DNA from: the human T2T-CHM13v2.0 reference genome, Homo sapiens
Length of the DNA: 64,000 bases
NCBI RefSeq assembly: GCF_009914755.1
Contig: NC_060947.1
Reading direction: 5' to 3' (one strand)
Positions 1 through 13,410 of the stretch are shown here, piece by piece; the first letter of the stretch is position 1, and every line of letters begins with the position of its first letter. The notes under the pieces are model-generated. The model did not search any database, was not told the origin of the DNA, and saw only the letters and a program-made list of their open reading frames with translations. A program made the translations under genes and the position numbers.

Positions 1-370
1 TATGTATGTTATGAAGCATAACTATAAAGTGAACAACATTTAAGAGCTAGAAAATTACAAATAATTTTGAATCAACCTGTGTCCCCCTTGGTAATCAAAT
101 CCTTCTGCATTCCCCCAAGACATAGCTACCATCTGTGCCTTAAAAATAGCTTTATTATATATGCATATATTTCTAAGCAATAGAATATTTAGCTTTGCTT
201 TATAAAATAATGTAATATTTATGTAGTTTTCTGCAACTTACTTTTTCTACTTGATATGCTAAGATTCATCCATATTATTGGATATGGCTTTAGTTCACTC
301 TGTTTCACTTTCATATAACTTTCCATTTGTGGACATACTACCATTTGGTGTTTTTTGTTTTATGTGGTGT

Positions 371-675
371 TTGTTGTTGTTGTTGTTGTTTTGAGATAGC
401 ATCTTGCACTCTTGCCCAGACCGGAGTGCAGTGGCATGATCATGGCTCACTGCAGTCTTAACCTCCTGGGCTTAAGCAATCCTCCCACCTCAGCTTCCTG
501 AGTAGCTGGGACCATAGGTGCACATCACCACACCTGGCTACTTTTTGAAAATTTTCGTGGAGACAAGTTCTCACCATGTTGCCAAGGCTGGTCTCAAACA
601 TCTGAGCTCAAGTGATCCTCCTGCTTAGGCCTCCAAAAGTATGAGGATTACAGGTGTAAGCCTCTGTGCCCAGCC
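371..675 (-). mobile_element. Alu (old, AluJ-like) with a (TTG)n-degenerate tail
   Basis: Reverse-complement Alu dimer (ggagtgcagtggcatgatc...gattacaggtgtaagcc). Confidence 0.9.
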
Positions 676-1160
676 TACAATTTTTTCATTACAAAAAAAA
701 ATCCATGATTTATATCTAAGTATAGAATTGCTAGATTGTAGGCCAAATTTTCAGTTTTTAACATGCCAAATTATTCCATAACACTTGTATCATTCTCTTA
801 TAATTTATCCCAGTTCCTCTCATTTCCCTCTGTCTTTAATCTTATCTATTTTAAAATTAGAGAAGCTATCTTGAAAGTAGTAGCCTTTCCCTTCTCATTG
901 GTAGCATAAAAGCCCTAACTAAATGCATACCTTTATCACTTTGTTTTGTAAATTTTCCTTATTATTTGTCTTATGTTTATTTACCACTTTAAACCACAAG
1001 TTTTCTTATAATTACTTAATCCTTTTATCCCTTTGCATTTTAAAATTTCACTTATAATATTGCTGAATGATAAAATTGTAGAGCAGAATTCCAATGACGA
1101 CTGAAGTTTAAATGAAGTCTAAATTTCATCCATTTAGTTCTTTGTAAGATACAATTAGGG

Positions 1161-1437
1161 GGCCGGGCACAGTGGCTCACGCCTGTAATCCTGGCACTTT
1201 GGGAGGCCAAGTCATGAGATCAAGACCAGCCTGGCCAACATGGTGAAACCCCGTCTCTACTAAAAATACGATAATTAGCCGGACCTGGTGGCAGGTGCCT
1301 GTAATCTCAGCTACTCAGGAGGCTGAGGCAGGAGAATTGCTTGAACCCAGGAGGCGGAGGTCGCAGTGAGTTGAGATCATGCCATTGCACTCCAGCCTGG
1401 GCGACACAAGTGAGACTTTGTGTAAAAAAAGAAAAAA
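1161..1437 (+). mobile_element. AluS-like element with a short left-arm deletion, ending about 60 nt upstream of the exon 10 acceptor
   Basis: Starts ggccgggcacagtggctcacgcc; degenerate TSD aagatacaattaggg / aaaatacaataaggg. Confidence 0.9.
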
Positions 1438-1496
1438 TACAATAAGGGGCTTGTTTTTCTTTTTTTTCATCATTTTCTTTACTCACTTTATAACAG

Positions 1497-1559
1497 GGCC
1501 TACCTGGTCCCACTGGTATACCAGGGCCAATTGGTCCCCCAGGACCACCAGGTTTGATG
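1497..1559 (+). CDS. COL4A5: COL4A5 exon 10 (63 nt)
   Basis: taacag|GGC...ATG|gtaagc; [21 protein letters not shown]. Confidence 0.97.
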
Positions 1560-2675
1560 GTAAGCTCTCTTCTTTAATTTAATTTCCCCCCCTTTCCTTT
1601 CTGACTTCTTTCAGGAATATTAATATTATTTATAATACTTGAAAACATAATGCATTCTCAACATTCATAATTTATAATTTTCTTATGTAAAGGTGACTTT
1701 ACAATGATATGGTGAATAATATGCATTCTAAGTAATGGCTCCATTTTATAGATGGAAAAATGAGGTATATAAAAGGAAAGATTTACAATGAAATATTTTG
1801 TTGGTTGCTCTTGATGTATCAGTGTTGAAGTCAATTCTGGCCATTTCAGAAAGTCTTTTAAGGCAGTTTTCTAATCACTTGATGAAACATGTTTCTTCAA
1901 ACTGCAATTGTTTGTTTAAGAAGAGCAAAAGCAGGGCTTCATAAAAAATATTGGCTCTCATTTCCTAGGCGCCTGGGACAAAACAGTAGAATTGGTGAGG
2001 GGAGTGATCACTATGCAATTGGTCACAGGTTTTTGTACCCCAAAAACTTCTACAGATCCTGAATGTGCAACCGGTTCTCTTACTTTACTAGCTCTGTAGT
2101 CACTCTTATTTTCTATCCTAGTAAATTCTAAGTATTTTTACTTCTGCAATACTTAGATTTCATTCAAGTCATGTTTTGGACTTACAGCTTTGCTGTTGCC
2201 CTCTTAAAAGGGCAAGAAAATTGTATTTCAGTAGAAGTAATTTCTCATGTGCCACTCTATCTCTCATCTACCATATATTTAAGTGACAGTTTTCATTATA
2301 CCTTTATAGGTTGTACATTTTTGTTTGTGACAATTGGTCCTGCACTTTTGAGTGAAGGAAATAATGTTTGATAACTGCTAGAAGAATCTACCAGAAAAGA
2401 TTGTGATTTCTGCTTTCCTGTAACTTTTTGGGGGAAGATGAGAAAACCCTTTTGTTTGTTTTAGTTGTAGACTTCATGCAAAGCATGAAACTATGGACTT
2501 TCGCACTTTTTCCTAATTCTGCTGTTGGAACATTGGTGCCCCTTGAGTATATTGTTACACCTTGAATTTCCTCAACCATTGTGGCCACTTAACCGATTCA
2601 CTTTACGTTTCTGGATATTCCTTGAATTAACGCTAATTCAACAGGTGAAGCCAAATCTTAGAAATGCCACCAAGA

Positions 2676-3117
<442 letters not shown>

Positions 3118-3538
3118 TCATATTGTATAAAAATCAAACTGGATTTTAAAAAATAAACACATGCTTTTTAGAACTTGAGAGTTAATTAGAGTTAATTGCT
3201 TTATGGTACCTAAGTTTACCTATAATTCTGATGTGAAAAATTTGATGGGTCTGTTGAGATTAACTTTTGAATTGATTTTTGACAATGGGGCTACCTCTCT
3301 ACCTCTGCCCATCCCAGCTTTTTTCTCTTGCCCATTTCTATTTTGTCATCAGAGGTACTCACATTCATCTAGCTCATTTTAATCAATTAAAATGTGTGTC
3401 TCTGACTAAAATGAAAACAAACAAGAAAATACTATTTTGATGGGCTTTTTCACACCTTACTCTTTCTGAAACTAAATAACTTTTAAAATTAACTTATTAA
3501 TATAACATTTTATTTTCTCTTTTGTCTTCTCTTCTTAG

Positions 3539-3574
3539 GGCCCTCCTGGTCCACCAGGACTTCCAGGACCTAAG
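3539..3574 (+). CDS. COL4A5: COL4A5 exon 11 (36 nt)
   Basis: ttcttag|GGC...AAG|gtaatt; [12 protein letters not shown]. Confidence 0.97.
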
Positions 3575-3664
3575 GTAATTTTCTTTTTCTTTATATCTTT
3601 TATTTGGTGTGGATTCCTTTTCTTACTGTCAGTGAGATTTTTAAATGGAAACTTCTCTCTCCAG

Positions 3665-3706
3665 GGGAATATGGGCTTAAATTTCCAGGGACCCAAAGGT
3701 GAAAAA
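3665..3706 (+). CDS. COL4A5: COL4A5 exon 12 (42 nt)
   Basis: ctccag|GGG...AAA|gtgagt; GNMGLNFQGPKGEK. Confidence 0.97.
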
Positions 3707-3796
3707 GTGAGTAAAGAAAGAGAGCTGGTTATTCAGCCCTCAGCTTTCTCTTTTTGTAGTCATTTGAACTGTCTTTTTCTTTCTCTTGCTTCTTGA

Positions 3797-3979
<183 letters not shown>

Positions 3980-4227
3980 TAGGGAGGAAGTCAATGAAAA
4001 TCTTGCTATGGATATGTTAATTAGTTTGATGGTGGTAATCACATCACAATGTATATGTATATCAAAACATCACATTGTTTACACCTTAGATATATACAGT
4101 TTTTAATTTGTCAGTTATACCTCAATAAAGCTGAAAAAAATAAAATGATAAAAAGTTAAAAATAATATTTCTATGTAAGTGGAATTCCATTAAAATGCAT
4201 TATAAGCTGAAATGTGGTTATATATAA

Positions 4228-4564
<337 letters not shown>

Positions 4565-4579
4565 AAGATCATTAAATTT

Positions 4580-5075
4580 TCAAAATAACTTTATCAAGAT
4601 ACAGTCTACATACATATAATCCACCCATTTAAAGTGTACAATTCAATTTTTTTTTTAGTGCATTCACAGGGTAGTGAAACTATCAGTGCAATCTAACTTT
4701 AGAAAATTCTGAGGCTTCCTCAAAAAAATCTCCATACCTATGTTAGTTGTACTCCTTATTTCTCCCCAAATTGACCAGCCCTAGGTAATCACTAATCTAC
4801 TTCTTGGCTCTGTAAATTTTTCTATTCTGAATATTTCATATAAATGGAATCATACAATATGTGGTCTTCTGTGTCTGGCTTCTTTTACTTAGCATAGTGT
4901 TTTCATGTTAAATCACTTTGCAGCACATATCAGTGCTTCATTCCTTTTTATGGCTGAATAATATTTCATTGTGTAAATAGTCTACATTTTGTTTATCCAT
5001 TTATTCATCAGTTGATGGGCATTTGGGTTATTTCCATTTTTGGCTATTTGAAGAATCCATTCATGTATAAAATTA
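4580..5075 (-). mobile_element. Old L1M 3' fragment
   Basis: L1 3'UTR motifs (taaatggaatcatacaatatgtggtc, gatgggcatttggg); boundaries approximate. Confidence 0.7.
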
Positions 5076-5659
5076 GGTTATGGTAAGTCAGAATGATGAC
5101 AGTGTTCCCTACATTTCACTGATATGCAAGGAGAAAGATAATGTTACTCTATAAACCTTTGTTGTGTTTAGAAATAATTATCTGATACCCTGCTTTTGCT
5201 AGAGTAGATGAGGGAAATTAGATATATTTTTAAAGCATACTGGCCCACACTTTAACAAACAGAATGTGTGCATTTTTGTTTCACTTAAATGTGAATAAGA
5301 AAGTTAAGAATAAAGGAAAAGTTGTATTGAAACTCTATCATCAATATGAATTTGGCCATTTAATTATCTCCCAAAATATATGTATGCCGTGTGACCCCAA
5401 AATCTCTTTGTTTTAGGTATTCTTGCTTTTTATAAAATATTTTATAAGAATAAAAAATTGTCATTATTTTCATTTTAAGTGTTGCCTTGTTATTTACCTC
5501 AAATCTTGGCTTGTATATAGACAAAAAATTAACTGAAATGAGCAAAGATAGCTCTAGTTAATTTTGCCTAGAAGATTTCAACTTTAAGTTAGAAACACCC
5601 TATTATCTTTGGTTGTACTACATGAGTATTCAGTTCAGTTTAATTTTTTTAGGGGGAGA

Positions 5660-6000
5660 TTTATTTTTATTTTATTTTATTATTTAAAAAAGTCAACCTT
5701 TATTTTAGATACAGGGGGTACATGTACAGGTTTGTCACATAGGTATATTGTGTGATGCTGAGGTTTGGGGTACAGATCCCATCAGCCAGGTAGTGAACAT
5801 AGTACTCAGAAGTTAGTTTTACAAGTATTACCTGCCTCCCTCTACTCTTAGTAGTCCCCAGTGTCTATTGTTGCCATCTTTATGTCCTTGTGTCCCCAAT
5901 GTTTAGTTCTCAGTTATAAGTGAGAACATGTGGTATTTGATTTTTTGTTCATGCATTAATTCACTTAGGATTATAGCCTCCAGCTCTAACCATGTTGCTC
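5660..6000 (-). mobile_element. L1PA/L1PB 3' end fragment
   Basis: gggggtacatgtacaggtttgt...taagtgagaacatgtggtattt. Confidence 0.8.
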
Positions 6001-6119
6001 CAACATAGATGTAGCTGTGGTTCAGTTTATTAAAAATGCTCCTAGCTAGCTCTAGTGCTTAGAATGAAAATGCATGTTCCAGTATTAACATTGATTTCCT
6101 TTCCCCTACTACTGCATAG

Positions 6120-6173
6120 GGACTTCCTGGTGACCGAGGGCCTCCTGGACCTCCAGGGATACGTGGTCCTCCA
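6120..6173 (+). CDS. COL4A5: COL4A5 exon 14 (54 nt)
   Basis: gcatag|GGA...CCA|gtaagt; [18 protein letters not shown]. Confidence 0.97.
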
Positions 6174-6268
6174 GTAAGTACCTAAAGTGCTTTAGCATCA
6201 TTTAATGTAAATTGGTATTGGTACACAGTATCCCATGAACCATTGTGAAACTATTTTTATGTGTACAG

Positions 6269-6325
6269 GGTCCCCCAGGTGGTGAGAAAGGTGAGAAGGG
6301 TGAGCAAGGAGAGCCAGGCAAAAGA
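6269..6325 (+). CDS. COL4A5: COL4A5 exon 15 (57 nt)
   Basis: gtacag|GGT...AGA|gtaagt; GPPGGEKGEKGEQGEPGKR. Confidence 0.97.
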
Positions 6326-6569
6326 GTAAGTGATGTAACTGCTAATATTCTTTGCAAAAAAATTCTAAATGTGTGTGTGTGTGATTTTATTCTTTCTTCC
6401 TACATCTTCCATTGTTTCAAAATATCACTACTGACATTATAATGTTGATGTCTAAAAAGTCTACTTAATATAGTCCAAGCCAGGAATAAAGCTTGTTATA
6501 TTCTTTAACTTTATGCTTCCTAACTAACAAATGTATGTTGTTGCCCTATCATTTCTTTGTATCCTATAG

Positions 6570-6614
6570 GGTAAACCAGGCAAAGATGGAGAAAATGGCC
6601 AACCAGGAATTCCT
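6570..6614 (+). CDS. COL4A5: COL4A5 exon 16 (45 nt)
   Basis: ctatag|GGT...CCT|gtaagt; GKPGKDGENGQPGIP. Confidence 0.97.
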
Positions 6615-6769
6615 GTAAGTAGCTAAGGTTCTTTCCCCCTGCAAAACTGGAGACATTTATGTGTTGGTATAACATAAGGTGGCAGAGAAGCAGTATGACA
6701 AAAATTGTGGGGTCTGGAAATAGTTTAAATGAATTGAAATTATCCAGTCTTTGTCTTTTGAATATAATT

Positions 6770-7460
6770 TTCAATTTTTAAAAAATTTTGTGAGTACATA
6801 GTAGGTGTATATATTTATTTATGAGGTACATGAGATGTTTTGATACATGTATGTAATGTGAAATAAGGACATCACAGAGAATGGGGTATTCATCCCCTCA
6901 AGCATTTATCCTTTGCATTACAAACAATCCAGTTACACCAAATATAAATTTGAGGTTCCTCTATTTTTTAAAGTCAGATTTATTGAGATATAATTTACAT
7001 AAAGTAAAAGGAACTATTTTTAGTTTACAGTTCTGTGTTTGACAAACACATACAGTTGTGTCACCACCACCATAATCAAGAACACTTCCATCACCTTCAA
7101 AAGTTCCCTCATGCTCTTTTTTAGTTATCCCCTCCCTATTCCCCTATCCCAACCCCCTTATAACGACTGATCTTTTGTCAATCTCTTTAATTTTGCCTAT
7201 TCCCAAATGTCAGATACATTGGATCATATTGTATGTAGCCTTTCGAATCAGGATCCTTTCACATAACATAATACATTGAATTGTGTATCAGTTCATTTTT
7301 TTATTGCTGAGTAGTATTTGATAGTTTGAATATACCATGGTTTGTTTGTCCATTTACACATTGAAGGATATTTTGGTTATTTCTGTGTTTTGGCCATTAT
7401 GAATAAAACTTTTATATTCATATAAAAATATTTATATGAATATAAATATTCCCATACAGT
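6770..7460 (-). mobile_element. L1MA/L1ME 3' fragments
   Basis: gtacatagtaggtgtatatattt...; gatttattgagatataatttaca; boundaries approximate. Confidence 0.65.
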
Positions 7461-8129
7461 TTTTTTGTGTGTGTGTGAACATGTTTTTTCAGTAAAAGTT
7501 TTGACAGGTAATTCTTCTACTTACTACCAAAAAGGGGCATGGGAAATAAAATATGTAAGTCCAAGAACATTATTTCAAGCAGCTTCAGTATCAAGAGTAT
7601 CCGCAGTAGGCAAGAGTTTTTCAAAGACAGAGAGAATATTTGATGAAATTTGTAAGTTATTCTAAGGGAAAAGGATAATTCTTAACAAGACAGGTTAGAA
7701 TTACTAAATTCAGATAAATTGGTTTCAGGATATTTTACTAAACAGGCAATCCTCAACTTACAATCTCTAGTTCAAAAATATTTTATATTATAAAATATCA
7801 AGAGGTAAATTCAGGGCCTCAGTTCCTGGCTTCTTTTGGAACAATTGGTCTTTGTCTTGATTCAGGCAGCTGTGATATTCAACAATTGCCTCTTAGTGTT
7901 TTCAACAAATTGGGGTTGCGGGGTGGGGAGGCTGTTCTCTTGTTCTCTGTTTGCACTGGGAGAACCCAAGTTGGGTCAAATAAAGGCAGCCTTGCAAATA
8001 GCCTTCTTTTGAACCAGCAGACAGATCAAATAATGATAATTCTCTGGATATGGGGCTTTGAAGGAGCTCCAACCCTGTTCTTTCCTCTCCAATTGCTGCT
8101 AGGCTGCTGGTTTTCACCTTGATTGTGAG

Positions 8130-8264
8130 GAGAGGTGGTGTGAATAGAGCAAGTTAAAATGCCACAAAGCTCTGAGAGGTGGTGGGAATAGAGCAAGTTA
8201 AAATGCCATAAATCTCTGAGAGGTGGTAGGAATAGAGCAAGTTAAAATGCCACAAAGCTCTGAG
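8130..8264. repeat. 44-bp minisatellite, 3 copies
   Basis: gagaggtggt(gt/gg/ag)gaatagagcaagttaaaatgcca(c/t)aaa(g/t)ctct starting at 8130, 8174 and 8218. Confidence 0.95.
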
Positions 8265-8442
8265 TTCTCACCAAGATTCAGCTTTTTTTTTTTTTTTTTT
8301 CTGAGAAAACACTCCTTGAATTGCTGCAAGCTTTGGTTAAGTTCTGAAAGTTAATTCTGACTGACCATTTTTGCCAGTATTCTCATTGCTTCTATGGAGA
8401 AGACAATCTTTGGAGATTTCCTAACACCATCATTTGTGCTGA

Positions 8443-8541
<99 letters not shown>

Positions 8542-10069
8542 TGAAGTGACTGGTTTAGTCTAGCTAAAATAATCCTTTTCTTCTCCCAGGCTTGAGTTAT
8601 AAATGGAAAAAGTCTACATAACTAGCTTTTATATTCAAAATATGCCTTCTTTATTCATCTTTTGCTCATTTTTCTTTTATACCACACTTGCTAAATTTTA
8701 TTCCATTGCCATAAATCACAGTCCATGTTGCAGAAATACATTAAGCATTGTTTAACTTTAGCATTTCCACTGTGAAAAGTCATTGCCTTTACTTTGAGCA
8801 TGTATCGGCAAAACTTCTTTTTTTCCACAAAGAGAATTCAGCACTATTTTAGTGAGGTCCTCTTACTAAAAAGGCTTATAACTGTGAATGTAGAACGTCG
8901 CCACTAAACATTTCCATTCTGTATGCAATTATTGTCTGTAAGTCTGTGGCTAATTCTTTGTTGTTTTTTCCCCCCTACTGGGCCAATGCAGTCTGACTGA
9001 GGTCATTTATTTAGTTACCTATTTTTCAAGTGACTTTGAAAGATTGTATGAAGCATACAATTACCAGATTTTTAGCAGGGCACAAAATAACCAGTCCTCC
9101 AATCCCTCTTGTTTTTAATTGCTTCGTATCAAAAACTGAAAGCTTTTTGGTTTTTCAGGCAAGGAAGGAAAGGCGTTACAAACTTGAATGTACCCAGAAG
9201 GCACATATTTTAATGGTGGTTTATTTTTAAATTAGGTCCAAGTTCTAGCATGGCTTAAAAGGCACAATTAGAATAGATGGAGGTAGGAAATACTCCGATA
9301 AAATGATTTTTTGTCAAATAGTATTTGTATATAGATGGATGGCTTCTATGAACAAGTTTAGAGTCAGAATAGAAGTATGAAAAAGACCATCCTTGTGTCT
9401 TGGCCAGTAGTAGAGTAACACTTGAATATTGAATATTGTGGTTTTTTTCATGCTGTTGTAGCTACTAATCAAGGATAAAAGTTTTATCTGAACTTGTCTT
9501 TCATTAGCTTCTAAGAGCAAGCTCATGAAAGCAATTCAGATTTACTAGCTATTATTGATGATAGTTAAGTCCATCACATCTAAAATATCTGTCACTAATA
9601 GAAATGGCACTACATTTATGTCCTTGACTAGTTTTATGAGAAGAAACATGGCTAAATGTAAAAAAAAAAAAAAAAAAAAAAGTAATTTTTTCACTGATTC
9701 TAGTGCTACCATTTTTTTTCTATTATCTTCTTTATAGAGTATTTGTAGTTGGCTAGAAATAGGAATCTTAAAAATCAAAGAATATTACAACTAGAAATAC
9801 CTTAAAACTCTGGTCCAAAAATCTTTATTCTTTCTATATAAACCAGAGAAGTTAATTAACTTGGTGAAGATTACATAGCTAGTAAATCTGAGACACCATC
9901 ACAGGTTAGGCTTAGCTCAGAATTGTTTCATTACTTCATGTTGCATTTCTCATTTGAGGTATTTTATGATTGATTTCTGGGTCTTTTTGGAAAGTTTCTC
10001 TTATATTCTTGAGGAAATTGATGTTTTCATGTGAATTTTACTAACCTATTTTACAATTGCATTGAACAG

Positions 10070-10111
10070 GGCCAAAAAGGTGACACTGGCCCACCTGGAC
10101 CTCCTGGACTT
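10070..10111 (+). CDS. COL4A5: COL4A5 exon 18 (42 nt)
   Basis: gaacag|GGC...CTT|gtaagt; [14 protein letters not shown]. Confidence 0.97.
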
Positions 10112-12134
10112 GTAAGTTTTTTTTTTTTAGTCTTCGTTTATCAAATTTATTAATGCATTATCATTTTTGTGCCTTAATCGCATACTCCCTACTTTTTCTT
10201 GATAGAACACAAAATTTCAAGTCATTATCAATTTCTACTGGCTTAAAAGTCTTTACATCTAAAATCTTCAGTAATGTTGACCTCAAGGTCTTTGTATTGT
10301 TCTGCCTATGCATTACTTCTGCATGGTAAAGGTCTAAAATTATGGCATTGGGTTGTTTTGCCTCATGATTGCCAGATCATTTCTCAAGCAACCAGCAGGT
10401 GGTGCAAGTGTTGCTTACAAAGGTTCAATGAAAACAACAACAACAAAACAAAACTTGGGGAAGTTGGGGTGGGGGTGGGGGATTGGTCCTTTCCCCTGCA
10501 GAGCTCAGGAGAAAGATAGATTTGGTCTTAATAGGTTTTCTCAATTTGTAATTGTCTGATTCACACTTCTTTCTTTCCTGAGTGTGTGCTTTCTAGGGAC
10601 TTTTAATAACGCATGTAGGAAGCTGCTTTATGAAAGAATAATTGAGGGTGGCGGAGCTACAGATTTTCTGTCATGTTTGTGTTCACTATGAAATTTAAGT
10701 CAAATATACTTCCAGTCTTATTAGGAATAAAATATCATTGCTGAGGTTTAACATATTGGTTTTTCTTTGGTTGAAATTTAGTAAGACTCTTGACTTCAAA
10801 CTGCATTGAAGCCGCAACAGTGCGAATGTTGGAAAACTTATGTGTCCAGACATGTTAGTAACATTAACTTAATTCGTATTATCCATAATGAGTCTCAGTT
10901 ATTAATACTTAGGACTGTACTAAATCTAATGAGGATATACTTAAAGAAGATCTTAGATATTTTTTATTCACTTTCATTTTAAAATCAGCTTCAGTCCTCT
11001 AGGAAATAATCTCTTTATAAAATGAGAAGATAAAATTTTAATAAGTATCAGAAGAAATGGAAATTTTGAGAGTACAGTCCTATTTAGCAGCCTAGTTTCC
11101 CTTTTGAATCACTATTCCAATCTTAGGTCCCACAACTTTTTGTCTTCTTTTGTGTGAATATTTCTTATATCCATCCAATAGAGACAGGATGAAATATCAC
11201 ACTGCTATTAGGTGTTGATTTGTACATCAGACTGGCAGTCTCTTAAATCTGAAGTTCATTTACCTTTATAGGTCTATAAGAAGAATTTGTTAATATTTAA
11301 TTTATTTAATATTAAGTTTTTTAAGAAAATACTTAATGAGTTACAAGAATACAGAGTAAAAAGAAATGATTAGTTAGTTGGGTTTAATCAATAAAGAACA
11401 TGGGTTTTATTTTTAAATTTTTTTGGTATATAGTAGGTATATATATTTATGGGGGAGTTTTCTTTTTTAAAGGAAGAAATAAATGTGGGTTAATAAAGAG
11501 AAAGATTGGGGAAAGGCATTACACATGTTTGGAATGAAATATGCAAAGACATAGACAAGAACGTGCAAGTTGAATGAAATGGTTAGAATCAGACAGACTT
11601 CACTATAATAAAAATTTATTGTAAGACGTAGTAGGAGATTAAATAGGTGAGAGAAGTATTGGAAGTGAGAGGTGACTTACAGTTCAGGATTAAAAGTAGC
11701 AGCACTTATAGTAAAAAGTAGTGAGCAATTTTGAGTCCTTAAGCAGAATAGTTAACACACACACACAAATGGTTTTTGAGGAAGCATATCCTAACAATAG
11801 ATTGGAATTCAAGGGACAAGATCAGAGGTGCTTCTATTACTCTAAGTGTGAGTTGATAATATAGCTGTGGCAGCAGAAATCAAGGGAGCAAATTGGAGAG
11901 ACGTTTTCTGTAAAGAATTGTCAGGCTTAGGAGATTGGAATGAATTGAATGTGAATTATAGGAGAAGAGACATCAAAAATACTTTTAGTTTTATATGCTT
12001 CGGGCTCAGGAACATGGTAATGTTGTTACTTGTATTGGACATTTTCTAATCAGTTGGAGGATGGGAGTGATACAAAATGTGACTCATAAACTATGTGAAA
12101 ATGATGACATTGTAATCATATGTAGCTCCCATAA

Positions 12135-12338
<204 letters not shown>

Positions 12339-12564
12339 TGAGATTGCATTTATGGCCTTGTTCTTATAGCATCCTTACTAATCCATGTATACTTTTTATC
12401 ACATTAGTTCCATGGTCAGCATGGAAGTAGGAGACACAAGTCCTTTTTAATTGACAGATACTTCCCAACTCTTACTATACCTTCTCTCACCATATTACTC
12501 ACTTGTACTTTAAAAAAGCCCAAGTGAATAGTGTCCTTTAATCCTAAGATTCCTATTTCTACAT

Positions 12565-13410
12565 TTTATTTTTTATTGATACATAATTGTACATATTTAT
12601 GGGATACATGTGATATTTTAATACATGAGTCCAATGTATAATGATTAAATCAAGGTAACTAGAATATCCATTACCTCAAGTATTTATCTTTTCTTTATGT
12701 TGGGAACATTCAAAATCTTCTCTTCTAGCTGTTTTGAAATATACAGTAAGTTGTTGTTAACTGCTGTGAATCTACTGTGCTACCAAACACTGAAACTTAT
12801 TGCTTCTATCTAACTGTATGTTTGTACCCATTAACCAACCTTTCTTCATTTCCCCCGACCCTTCCCAGCCCCTGGTAACCATCATTCTACTCTCCACCTC
12901 CATGAGATCAACTTTTTTTTTTTAACCTCCTACGTAAGAATGAGAACATGCATTTGTATTTGCCTTTCTGTGCCTGGTTTATTTCACTTAACGTAATGTC
13001 CTTCAGGCTCATCCATGTTGCTGCAAATGATAGAACTCCGTTCTTTTATGGCCAAATAATATTCCATTGTGTATTTATACCACATTTCCTTTATCTGTTC
13101 ATCCACTGATGAACATTCAGGTTGATTTCATATCTTGGCTATTGTGAATATTGCTACAATAAACATGGAAGTGCAGATATCTCTTTGAATTACTAATTTA
13201 TTTTCTTTTGAATATATACCCAGACGTGAGATTGTTGGAACATATGGTAGTTCTATTTTTAGTTTTTTGAAGAACCTCCATACTTTTTTTCATAATGGTT
13301 GCATTAATTTACATTCCCACCAACAGTGTGTGAGAGTTCCCTCTTCTCTGCATCCTTGCAGCATCTGTTATTTTTTGTCTTTTTGATGATAGCCATATTA
13401 ACTGGGGTAT
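12565..13410 (-). mobile_element. L1MA 3' fragment
   Basis: ttgatacataattgtacatatttatggg...gatagccatattaactgggg. Confidence 0.8.

Noticed and set aside
4124-4145. AATAAA hexamers shortly after the exon 13 donor (also ~40668 after exon 30) as intronic poly(A) sites
   Set aside because: AATAAA is very frequent in this AT-rich DNA, the first belongs to an L1 3' end, and no clear GU-rich downstream element is visible. It cannot be supported without 3'-end data.
8130-8264. CRISPR-like array: each repeat contains AGCAAGTTAAAAT, a 13-mer also present in the SpCas9 tracrRNA/sgRNA scaffold
   Set aside because: The repeats are head-to-tail with no unique spacers, the rest of the scaffold is absent, there are no cas genes, and the context is a mammalian intron with L1-like flanks. 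It is a chance match in a minisatellite.
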